From positions 37,786-101,785 of the forward strand of contig DHKB01000034.1 in assembly GCA_002407045.1 (NCBI GenBank): a stretch of DNA of 64,000 bases, in the 5' to 3' direction. The position numbers were made by a program, and so were the translations under genes. Under the pieces are notes generated by a model, which did not search any database, had not been told where the DNA came from, and worked only from the letters and a program-made list of their open reading frames with translations. Within the stretch, counting starts at the first letter, position 1; every line of letters starts with the position of its first letter. Below, one piece after another: positions 10,701 through 17,976 of the stretch. The stretch comes from Candidatus Bruticola papionis. GTDB lineage: Bacteria; Vulcanimicrobiota; Xenobia; Xenobiales; Xenobiaceae.

Positions 10701-11984
10701 GATGCTATTATGTACGCCGACAATAAGCGCGTAGTAGGTTTTGAGAATGTCTCAATGCAACTTACTGGTACGACAGGACAGGAATTGGAAGAGCTGTGGC
10801 ATTCTCGCCAACCTAAAACCAAAGCGGCTATCTCTTCCCAGCATTTAGGCGATCCTATCAAGCCTGGCATCTTCAACGAAGAACAATTTATGCAATTTGC
10901 AATTGGTCGTCCTTCTCTGGCTTTTGGCCCTGAATTTGCCAAGTTTGATTCACGCTTTATCGCTCGCTTGCCTGGCCCGCCTTATCAGTTTGTCAGTCGT
11001 ATTGTCAGTGCCGATCATCCTTTCCTTAAGGCTGTACCTGGAGGTTGGGTTGAAGCTCAGTACGATATTCCTGTCGACGCTTGGTACTTTAAAGCTGGCC
11101 ACACTGGACGTATGCCATTCTGCGTTCTCAACGAAATAGCTTTGCAAGTTTGCGGCTGGGTATCAAGTTATGCCGGTTCTTCCATGCACAGTGAAGAAAA
11201 TTTGCATTATCGCAACTTGGGCGGTTCTTCTCGTCTCTATGAAGAGATTACACCTCAAACTGGTACTGTTACCATTAAAGTACGCATGACCAAATCATCA
11301 GAAGCTGGTGGCTTGATTATTCAAGACTTTGATATGTGGCTTGGTCAGCAAGGACGTACTATTTACGAAGGCCAAACTACCTTTGGATTCTTTACCGAAA
11401 AGGCTTTAGCCGATCAAGTGGGCGTACGTGGAGCTGAAAAACGCATTTGGCATCACCAACAAGAAGAGCCTTGGGAAACTTTGCCTAGGCTGGCCCCCTT
11501 AACTCCCGATGATGGTAGCAATACCCAGAAGTGCTCTTTGGCAATGCCTGGTAAAGCTTTACTCATGCTCGATGAATACGCTTGGTATCCACAAGGCGGT
11601 CACCACGGCTTGGGAGCTATTGTTGGCAAAAAGAAGATCGATCCTCAAGAATGGTTCTTCAAAGCCCATTTCTTCCAGGATCCAGTTATGCCAGGCTCTT
11701 TAGGTTTGGAGGCTTTTATCCAAGCTCTTAAAGCGGCTGCTCTAAAGTTGTGGCCCAATCTTAAGGACAGCCATCATTTTTCAGCCATTTTGCCTAATAG
11801 CACTCATAAGTGGCTCTATCGAGGCCAAGTAATTCAAGCCAACAAAGAGACAACTGTCAGGGCGGAGATTAAAGAGATAGGCCAAGGGCCCAATCCTTAT
11901 ATCAAAGCCGATGGTTTCTTGCAAGTTGACGGAAAAGTTATCTACGAACTTAAGGATTTTGGCTTAGCTCTCTTGGCTAATTGA
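4758..11984 (+). CDS. pfaC: PUFA synthase PfaC/PfaB-like fusion: KS - chain-length-factor (KS-like, no active Cys) - acyltransferase - tandem FabA-like dehydratases
   Basis: KS motifs DAACASSL (Cys at 5367-5369), ECHGTGT and GHLLTAAG. A second KS-like half starts at IAIVGLACHFGS. The AT carries VAFVYPGSGANFLGLGREL and the GYSLGESAA GxSxG (Ser at 8166-8168). Two FabA-type hotdog pairs carry HFVDDMVMPGTLMYE and FFQDPVMPGSLGLEAF. The protein is 2408 aa. Confidence 0.85.
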   Translation: MAARNTDIAIVGLGLHFPGAANVQEYWQRLKEAKDLSEQPGPDRWPIDAEKHLSKTPQDDALRCLRGYYLHNLPTPEEEGLPQGIDPVFTLGLNTAKQALKDCSNINKQRTGVVMAAIALPTDTTSALSEDILGGDFETRLRQKLVAAFPEKSAAFNLSTVDKQTEPANLPTTAANTAPVGLPAQLIANKLGLGLGGYTLDAACASSLVAVALACDELRAHRADAMLAGGLSRPDCLYTQMGFSALRALSPSGVCSPFDAKADGLMVGEGCGLVILKRLEDAVAQSDKIYGVIKSVGLSNDIEGSLVAPSSEGQIRSLRQAYAACGLQPWDIDLIECHGTGTPVGDKVEFDSLQTLWQEAPQGTLCQLRSVKSMIGHLLTAAGSAGLIRVLLNMQNGLITPQVNFATPGLPLAESHFRVENKEVAWLKHPNRPRRAAVSGFGFGGINAHLIVEEYDSSTSDTSVKSLDESLINDNSEQKAESIAIVGLACHFGSLDNTDKFKKAIFNGLSALTDLPENRWQGLGESENAKTNAKQAYIDKVSIPLGKFRIPPTDIPNILPQQSLLLNVASQAMADARQPLRERRNEAAAFIGIALDLNSTNFNLRWQLEKKAQQLAKALDLTAEEAKSWLKELKNEISKPLDSTRTMGALGSIAASRAAREFQFGGCSFTVSAQEVSGFTALKLGVQALQRGDLNLALVGAIDLQGDVRQAHNHLDGQVDGYGEGACCLVLKRLSDAKRDHDHIYCLIQGLGQAENSQNEAEEQPATQTALEQACHQAKIEPKKISYLEFSNGNLLTNSSQSQVLEQLRHKLDQGELPLSVGTVSDIVGKCGAASALASIAKAALSLDRHILPGTPEYIKPIAELNASESRLCVHCKPSFWFRNRAEGPRRAAVISTAYPGHVCASILEEAPTDNYVSQNEAIEPAKSVIFASLAAQPQELKAKLQELQQEANLARESGVSAAKALLKLGASWWQRQDMKQKLAMAFVIDLTTEEPWNEFQIRLKLAIKHLEDYADKALANHSIFYTPEPLAENGKVAFVYPGSGANFLGLGRELALQFPALMDRFDNENLYMADEFMARWNQPYRLNWEEGWQHDSLKNLASDTHKMMFSQVTFAMLSTDVVRYLGIEPQAAIGYSLGESAALFALRAWPERDLMYKRMESSDLFRKQLSGPCLAARRAWNIPSGAPFEWTVGLIRVPASQVKEAIKTNSKVRLLIVNTDNECVIGGTREAISAICAQLHTKAILVSGVDTVHCDCLDPVAKEYWDMHHLPCTPPQGIDFYSGYYHRSYGLTSEKIADSIVAHGRFGFDYTKTIRQAWQDGVRLFLEMGPGTACSRMINNILADKPHFAISLSNRGKAELASLECLLAGAISHGLRPDLGKLFPAELMPQNDAEAKTIDIYLGRPAFNPPVPQSTQASLPTPNKIENSPSSKPVALTTPSQTILKTASVPQEPVIPTEERRAVNMSIPQYKNQPSVSVAATQATTTPKISSQVAPASSPTPMQQLEQILVEVSQSSQQNHSKWLEFVKDSSQAIASLMNRQSVLIQQLSTVPGATLPSEIRLPDHTQAVPQLRQNSNIEAHAYTTKLHGVEFTTSDGYVCGGKPSLAPKNQKVFLDRDECLEFAIGKIGKVLGDKFAPIDNYSTRVRLPAEPLMLVDRIISVEGEPLSLGSGRVVTEHDVVPGMWYLDGNRAPVFISVEAGQADLFLCSWLGIDFKAQGKRVYRLLDANVTFHRGLPQPGETIHYDIRIKRFINQGDTWLFFFEYEGTINNQIFLTMRDGCAGFFTPQEIRNNGGLVLTEENLRPKQGKKDPHMKDLVPLSASSYNFEQVEALRRGDLEACFGEDFAGLALKNPVSLPSSNLLRLIHRIPECDPFGGRWGLGKVVAEADVHPEDWYLTCHFVDDMVMPGTLMYECCAHALRFLLARLGWVGEKDKIAYEPVVGVKAVLKCRGPVLQSTKTVRYQVEIKEIGYNPQPYVIADAIMYADNKRVVGFENVSMQLTGTTGQELEELWHSRQPKTKAAISSQHLGDPIKPGIFNEEQFMQFAIGRPSLAFGPEFAKFDSRFIARLPGPPYQFVSRIVSADHPFLKAVPGGWVEAQYDIPVDAWYFKAGHTGRMPFCVLNEIALQVCGWVSSYAGSSMHSEENLHYRNLGGSSRLYEEITPQTGTVTIKVRMTKSSEAGGLIIQDFDMWLGQQGRTIYEGQTTFGFFTEKALADQVGVRGAEKRIWHHQQEEPWETLPRLAPLTPDDGSNTQKCSLAMPGKALLMLDEYAWYPQGGHHGLGAIVGKKKIDPQEWFFKAHFFQDPVMPGSLGLEAFIQALKAAALKLWPNLKDSHHFSAILPNSTHKWLYRGQVIQANKETTVRAEIKEIGQGPNPYIKADGFLQVDGKVIYELKDFGLALLAN

Positions 11985-12006
11985 CGCTTGATGTCAATAT
12001 TTTCAT

Positions 12007-12068
12007 AAAAAACTGCCCATTCTAGCTCAATACTTAATGTATCAACAGCTTGAGAGGGCAGTTTTTTT
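12007..12068 (+). terminator. Putative rho-independent terminator of pfa operon (8-bp GC stem AACTGCCC/GGGCAGTT, ~37-nt loop, T7 tail)
   Basis: Inverted repeat aactgccc...gggcagtt is followed by ttttttt, 23 nt after the ORF2 stop. The loop is unusually long. Confidence 0.45.
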
Positions 12069-12169
12069 ACTTTAGGCACTATTTTGCCAAAAATGTTCAC
12101 ATTAAAGCGCCCCATACTTTTAATATGTATGCTATCATGGACGGAGACATTTTTAACGGAGGTTCTAGT

Positions 12170-13024
12170 ATGTTCACTCCTGGCATTCCTTTCGGAGGCC
12201 CGGGCCACTTCGGCGGCCCCAGTCCTTTTGGAGGCCCTCTGGGCCCAGGCTCGATATTCGCCCCCGGTATGGGTGCAACCTTAATGATGGGCCTCTCCGG
12301 CTTAGCTGGAGCAGTAGTTGGCGTGCCCATTATGGCTGCAGCATTAGATAGTTGCATTCCTATTGATGGAGCTCAAAATCCCGCTGCTGGTTTCGGCATG
12401 GGCGGTTTTGCTGGTTCTATCGTAGGTCAAGGTATCGGTGGTATGCTTGGTACCAGCCTCGGCATGAAATTGGGCGGTCCCTTAGGTATGATGGGCGGCG
12501 GTGTGCTCGGTTCCATTTTGGGTGGTGGCATTGGCTCTAAAGTCGGTAGTACCATCGATAAGAGAAAAATGGCTAAGCAAGCTCAAGCCGCTCAAAGACA
12601 TAACGGCTTCAGTAGCGCCGAAGCTTCCAATTTATACAGCAACTTAGGCAAAGCCGCTGTGGGCGGAGCCGCAGTTGGCTTAGGTGCTGCCGCAGTTTCT
12701 AGTGCTGCTTCTAAAGCGGCAGAAAAAACTGTCAGCGCCAATTTATTCAGCCCCTTCCCCACCCCTCCCGGCGGTCGTCCTGGCGACTTATTCCCGCCGC
12801 CTCCTCCACGTGGAGGCTTATTTGGCGGCTTCCCTCCACCACCACCTGGTGGTCCGTTTGGCGGTCCTCCTCGCCACGATCCCTTCGGCGGTCCTCGTCA
12901 CCATGGTCCTTGGGGTCCTGGTCCTGGTGGCCCTGGTGGTCCCGGCGGACCTCATCACCGCGATCCTTGGGGACCTGGTCCTGGTGGCCCTGGCGGTCCC
13001 GGTGGACCTCCTCCCGGATGGTAG
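12170..13024 (+). CDS. Gly/Pro-rich low-complexity protein with glycine-zipper-like central region and tandem C-terminal HxxPWGPGPGGPGGPGGP repeats; hypothetical
   Basis: The ORF is open from 12050. The ATG at 12170 has GGAGG 8 nt upstream. The central region has GxxxG-rich hydrophobic segments (GMLGTSLGMKLGGPLGMMGGGVLGSILGGGIG). The C-terminus carries a direct repeat. Confidence 0.55.
   Translation: MFTPGIPFGGPGHFGGPSPFGGPLGPGSIFAPGMGATLMMGLSGLAGAVVGVPIMAAALDSCIPIDGAQNPAAGFGMGGFAGSIVGQGIGGMLGTSLGMKLGGPLGMMGGGVLGSILGGGIGSKVGSTIDKRKMAKQAQAAQRHNGFSSAEASNLYSNLGKAAVGGAAVGLGAAAVSSAASKAAEKTVSANLFSPFPTPPGGRPGDLFPPPPPRGGLFGGFPPPPPGGPFGGPPRHDPFGGPRHHGPWGPGPGGPGGPGGPHHRDPWGPGPGGPGGPGGPPPGW
12898..13010 (+). 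repeat. Tandem ~57-nt direct repeat (x2) encoding H(H)(R)(D)PWGPGPGGPGGPGGP
   Basis: catggtccttggggtcctggtcctggtggccctggtggtcccggcggacct is followed by caccgcgatccttggggacctggtcctggtggccctggcggtcccggtggacct. Confidence 0.8.
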
Positions 13025-13083
13025 TTTGTGAATAATAGCTCAAATTAGAGTTGTATCGATTATAATTTGAGCTAGCGGAATGC

Positions 13084-13136
13084 AAAAAAAGCGCCCTTGG
13101 CAATATCAAAAAGGTATTAGCCAGGAGCGCTTTTCT
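13084..13136. terminator. Bidirectional terminator-like hairpin between convergent genes (A7 - GCGCCCTTGGC ... GCCAGGAGCGC - T4)
   Basis: Imperfect 11-bp GC-rich inverted repeat flanked by an A-run and a T-run. It is preceded by an 11-bp perfect AT-rich IR at 13037-13073. Confidence 0.45.
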
Positions 13137-13162
13137 GTTATGTGTTAATGCGCTGCGTGAAG

Positions 13163-14089
13163 TCAGCCTTGTAAACTTTTCTCCTTGCGGCTCTTAGCAG
13201 TCAAAGACACAGTAAAAACGCCAGCCATAACTAAAAATACTCCCAAATAGCCACGGCCAGACATCGTTTCATGTAAGAAGATAAAAGCAAAAATAGCCGC
13301 AAATACCGGTTCTAAAGAGAAAAGCACTCCAGTATGCTCCGGAGTAGTATATTTTTGAGCTACAGGCTGAGCCACAAAGGCAAACGCACTACCAAACACA
13401 GCCAATCCCAAAACAGCCACCCAGCCAATAGTGCTTGAAGGCAAAGAGGGAGTTTCAAAAAGCAAAGCGCTTATAGAAGAATAAAGACCAGCGAAACCGA
13501 TTTGCCAAACGCCTAAAAGTAAACCGTCATCCTGTTTACTAAGCTTATCAGTTAAAATAATATAAGCGGCATAAATAACGGCTCCAATAAAACAAAGTAT
13601 ATCTCCGCTATGGAATACCAACGATTGTTGCAAAGTCAAGCAACTAATACCCACAGTTGTCAAAATTGTGCCTATTACTACCGAAAGATCGGGCAATTTT
13701 CTAACGAGAAAAGCGTGAAAGATCGGCACCATTACTACAGCAGTACTTGTCAAAAAGCCAGCGTTAGATGCTGTGGTTGTCTTTAATCCCAAAATAAGCA
13801 AGGCACACATACCGTAGGTAAGTATGCCTAATAGAGCTCCATTGCCAATAGTACGCCAAGTATGATTAAGGTGCTTAAAAAATATTAAAGCTACAATTAA
13901 AAAAGCAATACAAAAGCGTAAGGCCAAAACGGTAAATGGAGGTAATACCCCCAAGCCCAATTTCATAAAAAGATACGAAGTTCCCCAAGCCATAGATATA
14001 CAGATCATAGTTAAATCAGCGGTGCGCTGATTCCAAAAGGTGCCTTTTTTCATTGTTTCGGTACGAAATTCTTTAGTATTAGAAATCAT
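13163..14089 (-). CDS. DMT-superfamily (EamA-like) transporter, ~10 TM helices
   Basis: The protein is 308 aa and is uniformly hydrophobic, with paired EamA-like halves. Helices are Gly/Ala-rich with periodic charged loops. Confidence 0.6.
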   Translation of the reverse strand: MISNTKEFRTETMKKGTFWNQRTADLTMICISMAWGTSYLFMKLGLGVLPPFTVLALRFCIAFLIVALIFFKHLNHTWRTIGNGALLGILTYGMCALLILGLKTTTASNAGFLTSTAVVMVPIFHAFLVRKLPDLSVVIGTILTTVGISCLTLQQSLVFHSGDILCFIGAVIYAAYIILTDKLSKQDDGLLLGVWQIGFAGLYSSISALLFETPSLPSSTIGWVAVLGLAVFGSAFAFVAQPVAQKYTTPEHTGVLFSLEPVFAAIFAFIFLHETMSGRGYLGVFLVMAGVFTVSLTAKSRKEKSLQG

Positions 14090-14227
14090 ATTAAGATCTA
14101 AAAAGTGAATTGTCGGATATTAAGAAGCGGCCCCAATTATAGCCAAACTTAGCAAAAAGGCAAGCAAAAAAATCCAATTTCTAGCCAAGGGGGACAAACT
14201 GTCCTCCTAACGAAAAGGCCGCGCGTT

Positions 14228-14914
14228 ATGACAGTTAATTCACATAAACCTTTCAAAGCTTGTATTTTTGATATGGACGGAGTGCTTTTAGACTCCGAAC
14301 CTTTTTGGCGCCAAGCCGAACGCGAAATTTTTGCTACCGTCGGTCTCAATCTCACTGAAGAAGATTGCATGGAAACTATGGGAGTGCGTATAGATGAATT
14401 AGTCGTCTACCGCCATAGTCAGAAACCGTGGGCTACTCCAAGCTGTACTGAAATAGCCAACAAAATTCAATTGCGCGTAGCTGAATTAGTTAGAGAAAAG
14501 GGTACCCTACTGCCCGGGGTGCTGGAAGCTTTGCGCTTTTTAAAAGAAGAGCAAAAATTGCCTTTAGCTTTAGCTTCATCTTCTTCACGTATGCTCATTG
14601 AGGCTGTTTTAGAAGCTCTCAAACTTCAGGGCTTCTTTGAAATAACATGTTCAGCCGAAAAAGAGCCCTATGGTAAACCCCATCCGGCTGTATATATAAA
14701 TACTGCAAAATTACTTAACGTCGAACCTATCGACTGCTTGGCCATAGAAGATTCCATAAATGGAGTAATTGCTGCTAAGGCTGCGCGTATGGCTTGTGTC
14801 GCTATTCCAGAAAAAGCCTTACGCAACAATAAAAAATTTGCTATTGCCGATTTGCAATTAGACAGCCTCTTACAATTGCCTGAGCATTACCAGCAACTTT
14901 TGGCAGAGCGTTAA
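14228..14914 (+). CDS. HAD-superfamily hydrolase, subfamily IA (sugar-phosphatase / beta-phosphoglucomutase-like)
   Basis: Motif I is CIFDMDGVLLDSEP (DxDG). The text contains AIEDSINGVIAAKAA with an ED motif IV-like element. The protein is 228 aa. Confidence 0.8.
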   Translation: MTVNSHKPFKACIFDMDGVLLDSEPFWRQAEREIFATVGLNLTEEDCMETMGVRIDELVVYRHSQKPWATPSCTEIANKIQLRVAELVREKGTLLPGVLEALRFLKEEQKLPLALASSSSRMLIEAVLEALKLQGFFEITCSAEKEPYGKPHPAVYINTAKLLNVEPIDCLAIEDSINGVIAAKAARMACVAIPEKALRNNKKFAIADLQLDSLLQLPEHYQQLLAER

Positions 14915-14922
14915 ATTTAACG

Positions 14923-15669
14923 CTAAGGTAAAAGACGATGTGCTTCTAAGCCATTCACAACAATAGCCGGATAGGGACGCGCCGGGCATGCATGTTCACA
15001 AGCTCCGCAGCCAACACATAACCGTGAGTTGACCATAATTTGTCTAGACGAGTGGTTGTCAACTTCAGCTACGCTTAAAGCCCCATGCGGGCAAGCATTA
15101 ACGCACGCTTGGCAAAAGCGTCCCTGGCTATTTTGGCAATTCATGGCTTGCCAAGTTGCTAAACCGATGCATATTGAGGATTTATCGGCTGCGGAAATAG
15201 GCCTAATAGCTCCCGAAGGGCAAATTTGTGAGCATTTGGTGCACCTAGGCAAGCAATATCCCAGAGCAAAAGACATGGCCGGTTGGGAAAAGTTTAATTC
15301 TCCATATCGCTTATCGATAATTTTATGAGCCGCTTTTACATTTAAAACTTTGCCTGGGCAATTACTGACACACAACATGCAACCTACACAGCGACGATGA
15401 AAATTTTCATAACTTTGAGCACCGGCAGGTAAAATATAATTTTGGCGCTCAGGATCGAGACGCTTTATTTTCGAAGCGGTATCGGCCTGGGCAAGTTTAG
15501 TCATACTAAAAATGCTACTTCCCAGGCTGCAGCCAACAAAAAACAAAGTACCTAACGCAGAAAGAAATTTACGTCTAGACAACAAAGCTTGATCATGCTG
15601 TATTTCTTCATATTCAGCCTCTTTTTCGACCAAGTTGAGCCCTTTTAATTGATTATCACAATTGCTCAT
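14923..15669 (-). CDS. napG: NapG/MauM-family ferredoxin-type protein with twin-arginine (Tat) signal, 4x [4Fe-4S] CxxCxxCxxxCP motifs
   Basis: SRRKFLSALGTLFFVG is a Tat motif. Four clusters are present: CVGCMLCVSNCP, CTKCSQICP, CQACVNACP and CVGCGACEHACP. Confidence 0.7.
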   Translation of the reverse strand: MSNCDNQLKGLNLVEKEAEYEEIQHDQALLSRRKFLSALGTLFFVGCSLGSSIFSMTKLAQADTASKIKRLDPERQNYILPAGAQSYENFHRRCVGCMLCVSNCPGKVLNVKAAHKIIDKRYGELNFSQPAMSFALGYCLPRCTKCSQICPSGAIRPISAADKSSICIGLATWQAMNCQNSQGRFCQACVNACPHGALSVAEVDNHSSRQIMVNSRLCVGCGACEHACPARPYPAIVVNGLEAHRLLP

Positions 15670-15686
15670 TTTTTTGCCTCCAAGTT

Positions 15687-16556
15687 TTACTTTTCTACTT
15701 GATCGTTTTTACTAGACATTTGGAAGATTATCGGCGTACGATTAAAGCTAATAGCCCCTTTATGACAAATATCCAAACAATTGAAACATTTTATACAACG
15801 GCTGTTATCTACATTTCCACAACTTATATCTATACATTCAGCTTGGCAATTACGAGCGCAAAGTCCACATTTTATACATTTTTGTCGTTCAATTTCTATT
15901 TGATAAAGTGAATTACAACTTATAAATCCCAACGCCGTTCCCACTGGACAAATACTATTACAGTACAAACGGCCCGAGAAAAATGACATTATTATAATAA
16001 TTATCCCCCACAAACCAGAAATAGCGAAATTCAGCCAATCGATAGTAAAATATTGTACTTGAGTTGTACTAGAAATACTTGTTTCTGCCAATTGAGCAGC
16101 GATTTTATTATCGATCCAAATAGATACAGGGTTAAAGAAATTGGCTGCCAAACGACCGAATATAGCATAAGGATCTAGGAAACTAACTATATAACTCAAT
16201 CCTCCAACTAAGGCAATAGCACAAATGGATATACAAATATAGCGAGCATTATTAACCTTACTTCGAGGTGAGCGGAAAACAAATTTGGGCTGACGTCGGA
16301 ACTTTGCTCCCAAATAAGAAAAAATTTCTTGCATAATGCCCAAAGGACAAATAAAAGAACAGTAAAGACGGCCGCCTAATACAGTTGCAACTAACCACAG
16401 CCCCAAAACAAACAAATTAAGGCTTAATAAGGCTGGTATTATTTGCAATTTAGCTAAACAAGATAGACCATAAATGTTGGTACCTGAATTAGTGAACAAC
16501 CATAACATACCGCCGAACATAATAACGGCTAGCCAAACGCGTACTTTTTTCAGCAC
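15687..16556 (-). CDS. napH: NapH/MauN-family integral-membrane polyferredoxin
   Basis: Four TM segments are followed by CSFICPLG and CNSICPVG. C-terminal 4Fe-4S motifs are CIKCGLCARNCQ and CIKCFNCLDICHKGAI. The gene is adjacent to the napG-like gene. Confidence 0.7.
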   Translation of the reverse strand: MLKKVRVWLAVIMFGGMLWLFTNSGTNIYGLSCLAKLQIIPALLSLNLFVLGLWLVATVLGGRLYCSFICPLGIMQEIFSYLGAKFRRQPKFVFRSPRSKVNNARYICISICAIALVGGLSYIVSFLDPYAIFGRLAANFFNPVSIWIDNKIAAQLAETSISSTTQVQYFTIDWLNFAISGLWGIIIIIMSFFSGRLYCNSICPVGTALGFISCNSLYQIEIERQKCIKCGLCARNCQAECIDISCGNVDNSRCIKCFNCLDICHKGAISFNRTPIIFQMSSKNDQVEK

Positions 16557-16606
16557 AACTTATCCTCTGCTCAAAAATATCGATAATTACTTTAATAGCC
16601 AGATAT

Positions 16607-16648
16607 AAAAATTGGTTCGATCTACTTGTGAAAATCGAACCAATTTTT
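16607..16648. terminator. Perfect 14-bp inverted repeat AAAAATTGGTTCGA / TCGAACCAATTTTT (14-nt loop); likely terminator of ATP-grasp gene
   Basis: The palindrome lies 35 nt downstream of the ATP-grasp gene stop. A/T tracts are built into both arms. Confidence 0.5.
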
Positions 16649-16682
16649 ATACAACTATTGACGTTCTTGAAAACTGTGCGAA

Positions 16683-17885
16683 TTAATCAGCAGTTTGTTT
16701 AGGAGGCTCTATAGCCATATAGTCTTGGCGCATACGCTCCATGTAAGAATTAGTCAGTTCGGTAATACGATTAAAGCTGGGGCTCTTAAGTACCATACCG
16801 ACATGGTGATCTTTATCCATACGCCAAACGACTTCAGGATCATTATAAGCTGAAGTATCAGGCTTGGCCTGGCGAGAGAGCGAAACCATTAAAGAAGCAC
16901 TATCATAACGACGCTCGGGCACAGTATATTCTTCGCCGCGAGCACAAGCCAGCTCTAAGCGAGCCCACTCTTGCCACAAATTGATGCCGGTAGCTGCTTC
17001 TACCATCATATCAATATTGGCTCCACCTACACGAGCAGCAATTTCTAAGAAATAAACCTGGCCATCTTTAGAAGAGCGAATAAACTCTGCATGAGTAACG
17101 CCACGCACCAGCTTCATAGCTTTAACGATCTTGCGATTCATTTCAGCTACTTCCGGTTCTTCTTCGAAGCCCTGAGGCAAAGTACGAGTGCAGAACACGC
17201 CACCGAAGTTCCAAATATCAAAAGGAGGTTTTACATAGCGGGAGACGTTAGAAAAAACGATCTTGCCATCCCAAACGATAGAATCGACATGATAAACGGA
17301 ACCGGGAATATACTCTTCCAATAAACGATGACTCTGTTCGTCGCCTAATTGACTGATAATATCCCAAAATTCTTGAGGGCTGTTGATTTTTTTTATTCCT
17401 ACTGCGCCAGCCTCAGAGCGAGGTTTCAAAAACCAAGGGCCGGGAACTTCTTTCATAAATTTGTCAAGTTTGCCATAATTTAAGACATGCTCAAAACGAG
17501 GGCAGCGAATATGCTCATCGCGAGCTTGCACGCGCATAGCTAACTTGTCACGGAAATAGCGAGCGGTAGTGTCTCCCATGCCGGGAATGCGCAAATGCTC
17601 TCGCAAAGAAGCTACCAGCTCCACGTCATAATCGTCCATAGGAATAATACGATCAAAGACGATATTGCGAGCCAAGTAAGACACAGCATTCAGAACTTCT
17701 TGGCGGCTGGTAAATTCTGGCATATAGAACACGTCTTTTAAGTATTGACGCGCCCAGGGTTCGTCTTTAAAGCTAAGTTTAGTCAATAAATAAACTTGAC
17801 ATCCCTCTTTATAGCATTCTTCTATAAAACGGTTGCCTTTAAAATAGCTAGCGACGACTAAAATAGTGACTGGCTTCTTGTCCAA
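16683..17885 (-). CDS. ATP-grasp domain protein (carboxylate-amine ligase family)
   Basis: PGPWFLKPRSEAGAVGIKKINSPQEF is a central ATP-grasp nucleotide-binding region. FLEIAARVGGANI is a C-terminal catalytic loop. The protein is 400 aa. Confidence 0.6.
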   Translation of the reverse strand: MDKKPVTILVVASYFKGNRFIEECYKEGCQVYLLTKLSFKDEPWARQYLKDVFYMPEFTSRQEVLNAVSYLARNIVFDRIIPMDDYDVELVASLREHLRIPGMGDTTARYFRDKLAMRVQARDEHIRCPRFEHVLNYGKLDKFMKEVPGPWFLKPRSEAGAVGIKKINSPQEFWDIISQLGDEQSHRLLEEYIPGSVYHVDSIVWDGKIVFSNVSRYVKPPFDIWNFGGVFCTRTLPQGFEEEPEVAEMNRKIVKAMKLVRGVTHAEFIRSSKDGQVYFLEIAARVGGANIDMMVEAATGINLWQEWARLELACARGEEYTVPERRYDSASLMVSLSRQAKPDTSAYNDPEVVWRMDKDHHVGMVLKSPSFNRITELTNSYMERMRQDYMAIEPPKQTAD

Positions 17886-17976
17886 AATAAACTCCTCGGC
17901 GAGTTTTAAAATGAACTCGCCTTAGTGCAATGATAGTTGATATAAAATAACTAAAAATAGTAACTTGTATATTTTA

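Noticed and set aside
12084-12284. 66-aa ORF in alternate frame at start of the Gly-rich gene
   Set aside because: It overlaps the better-supported Gly/Pro repeat frame, which has a GGAGG RBS at 12157-12161. The alternate frame gives a hydrophobic nonsense peptide.
15029-15328. 99-aa ORF antisense to napG-like gene, and similar antisense ORFs at 36601-37041, 35654-36079, 40285-40710, 27692-28353 and 47100-47976
   Set aside because: All lie inside strongly supported genes on the other strand and lack RBS or motifs. They are typical shadow ORFs.
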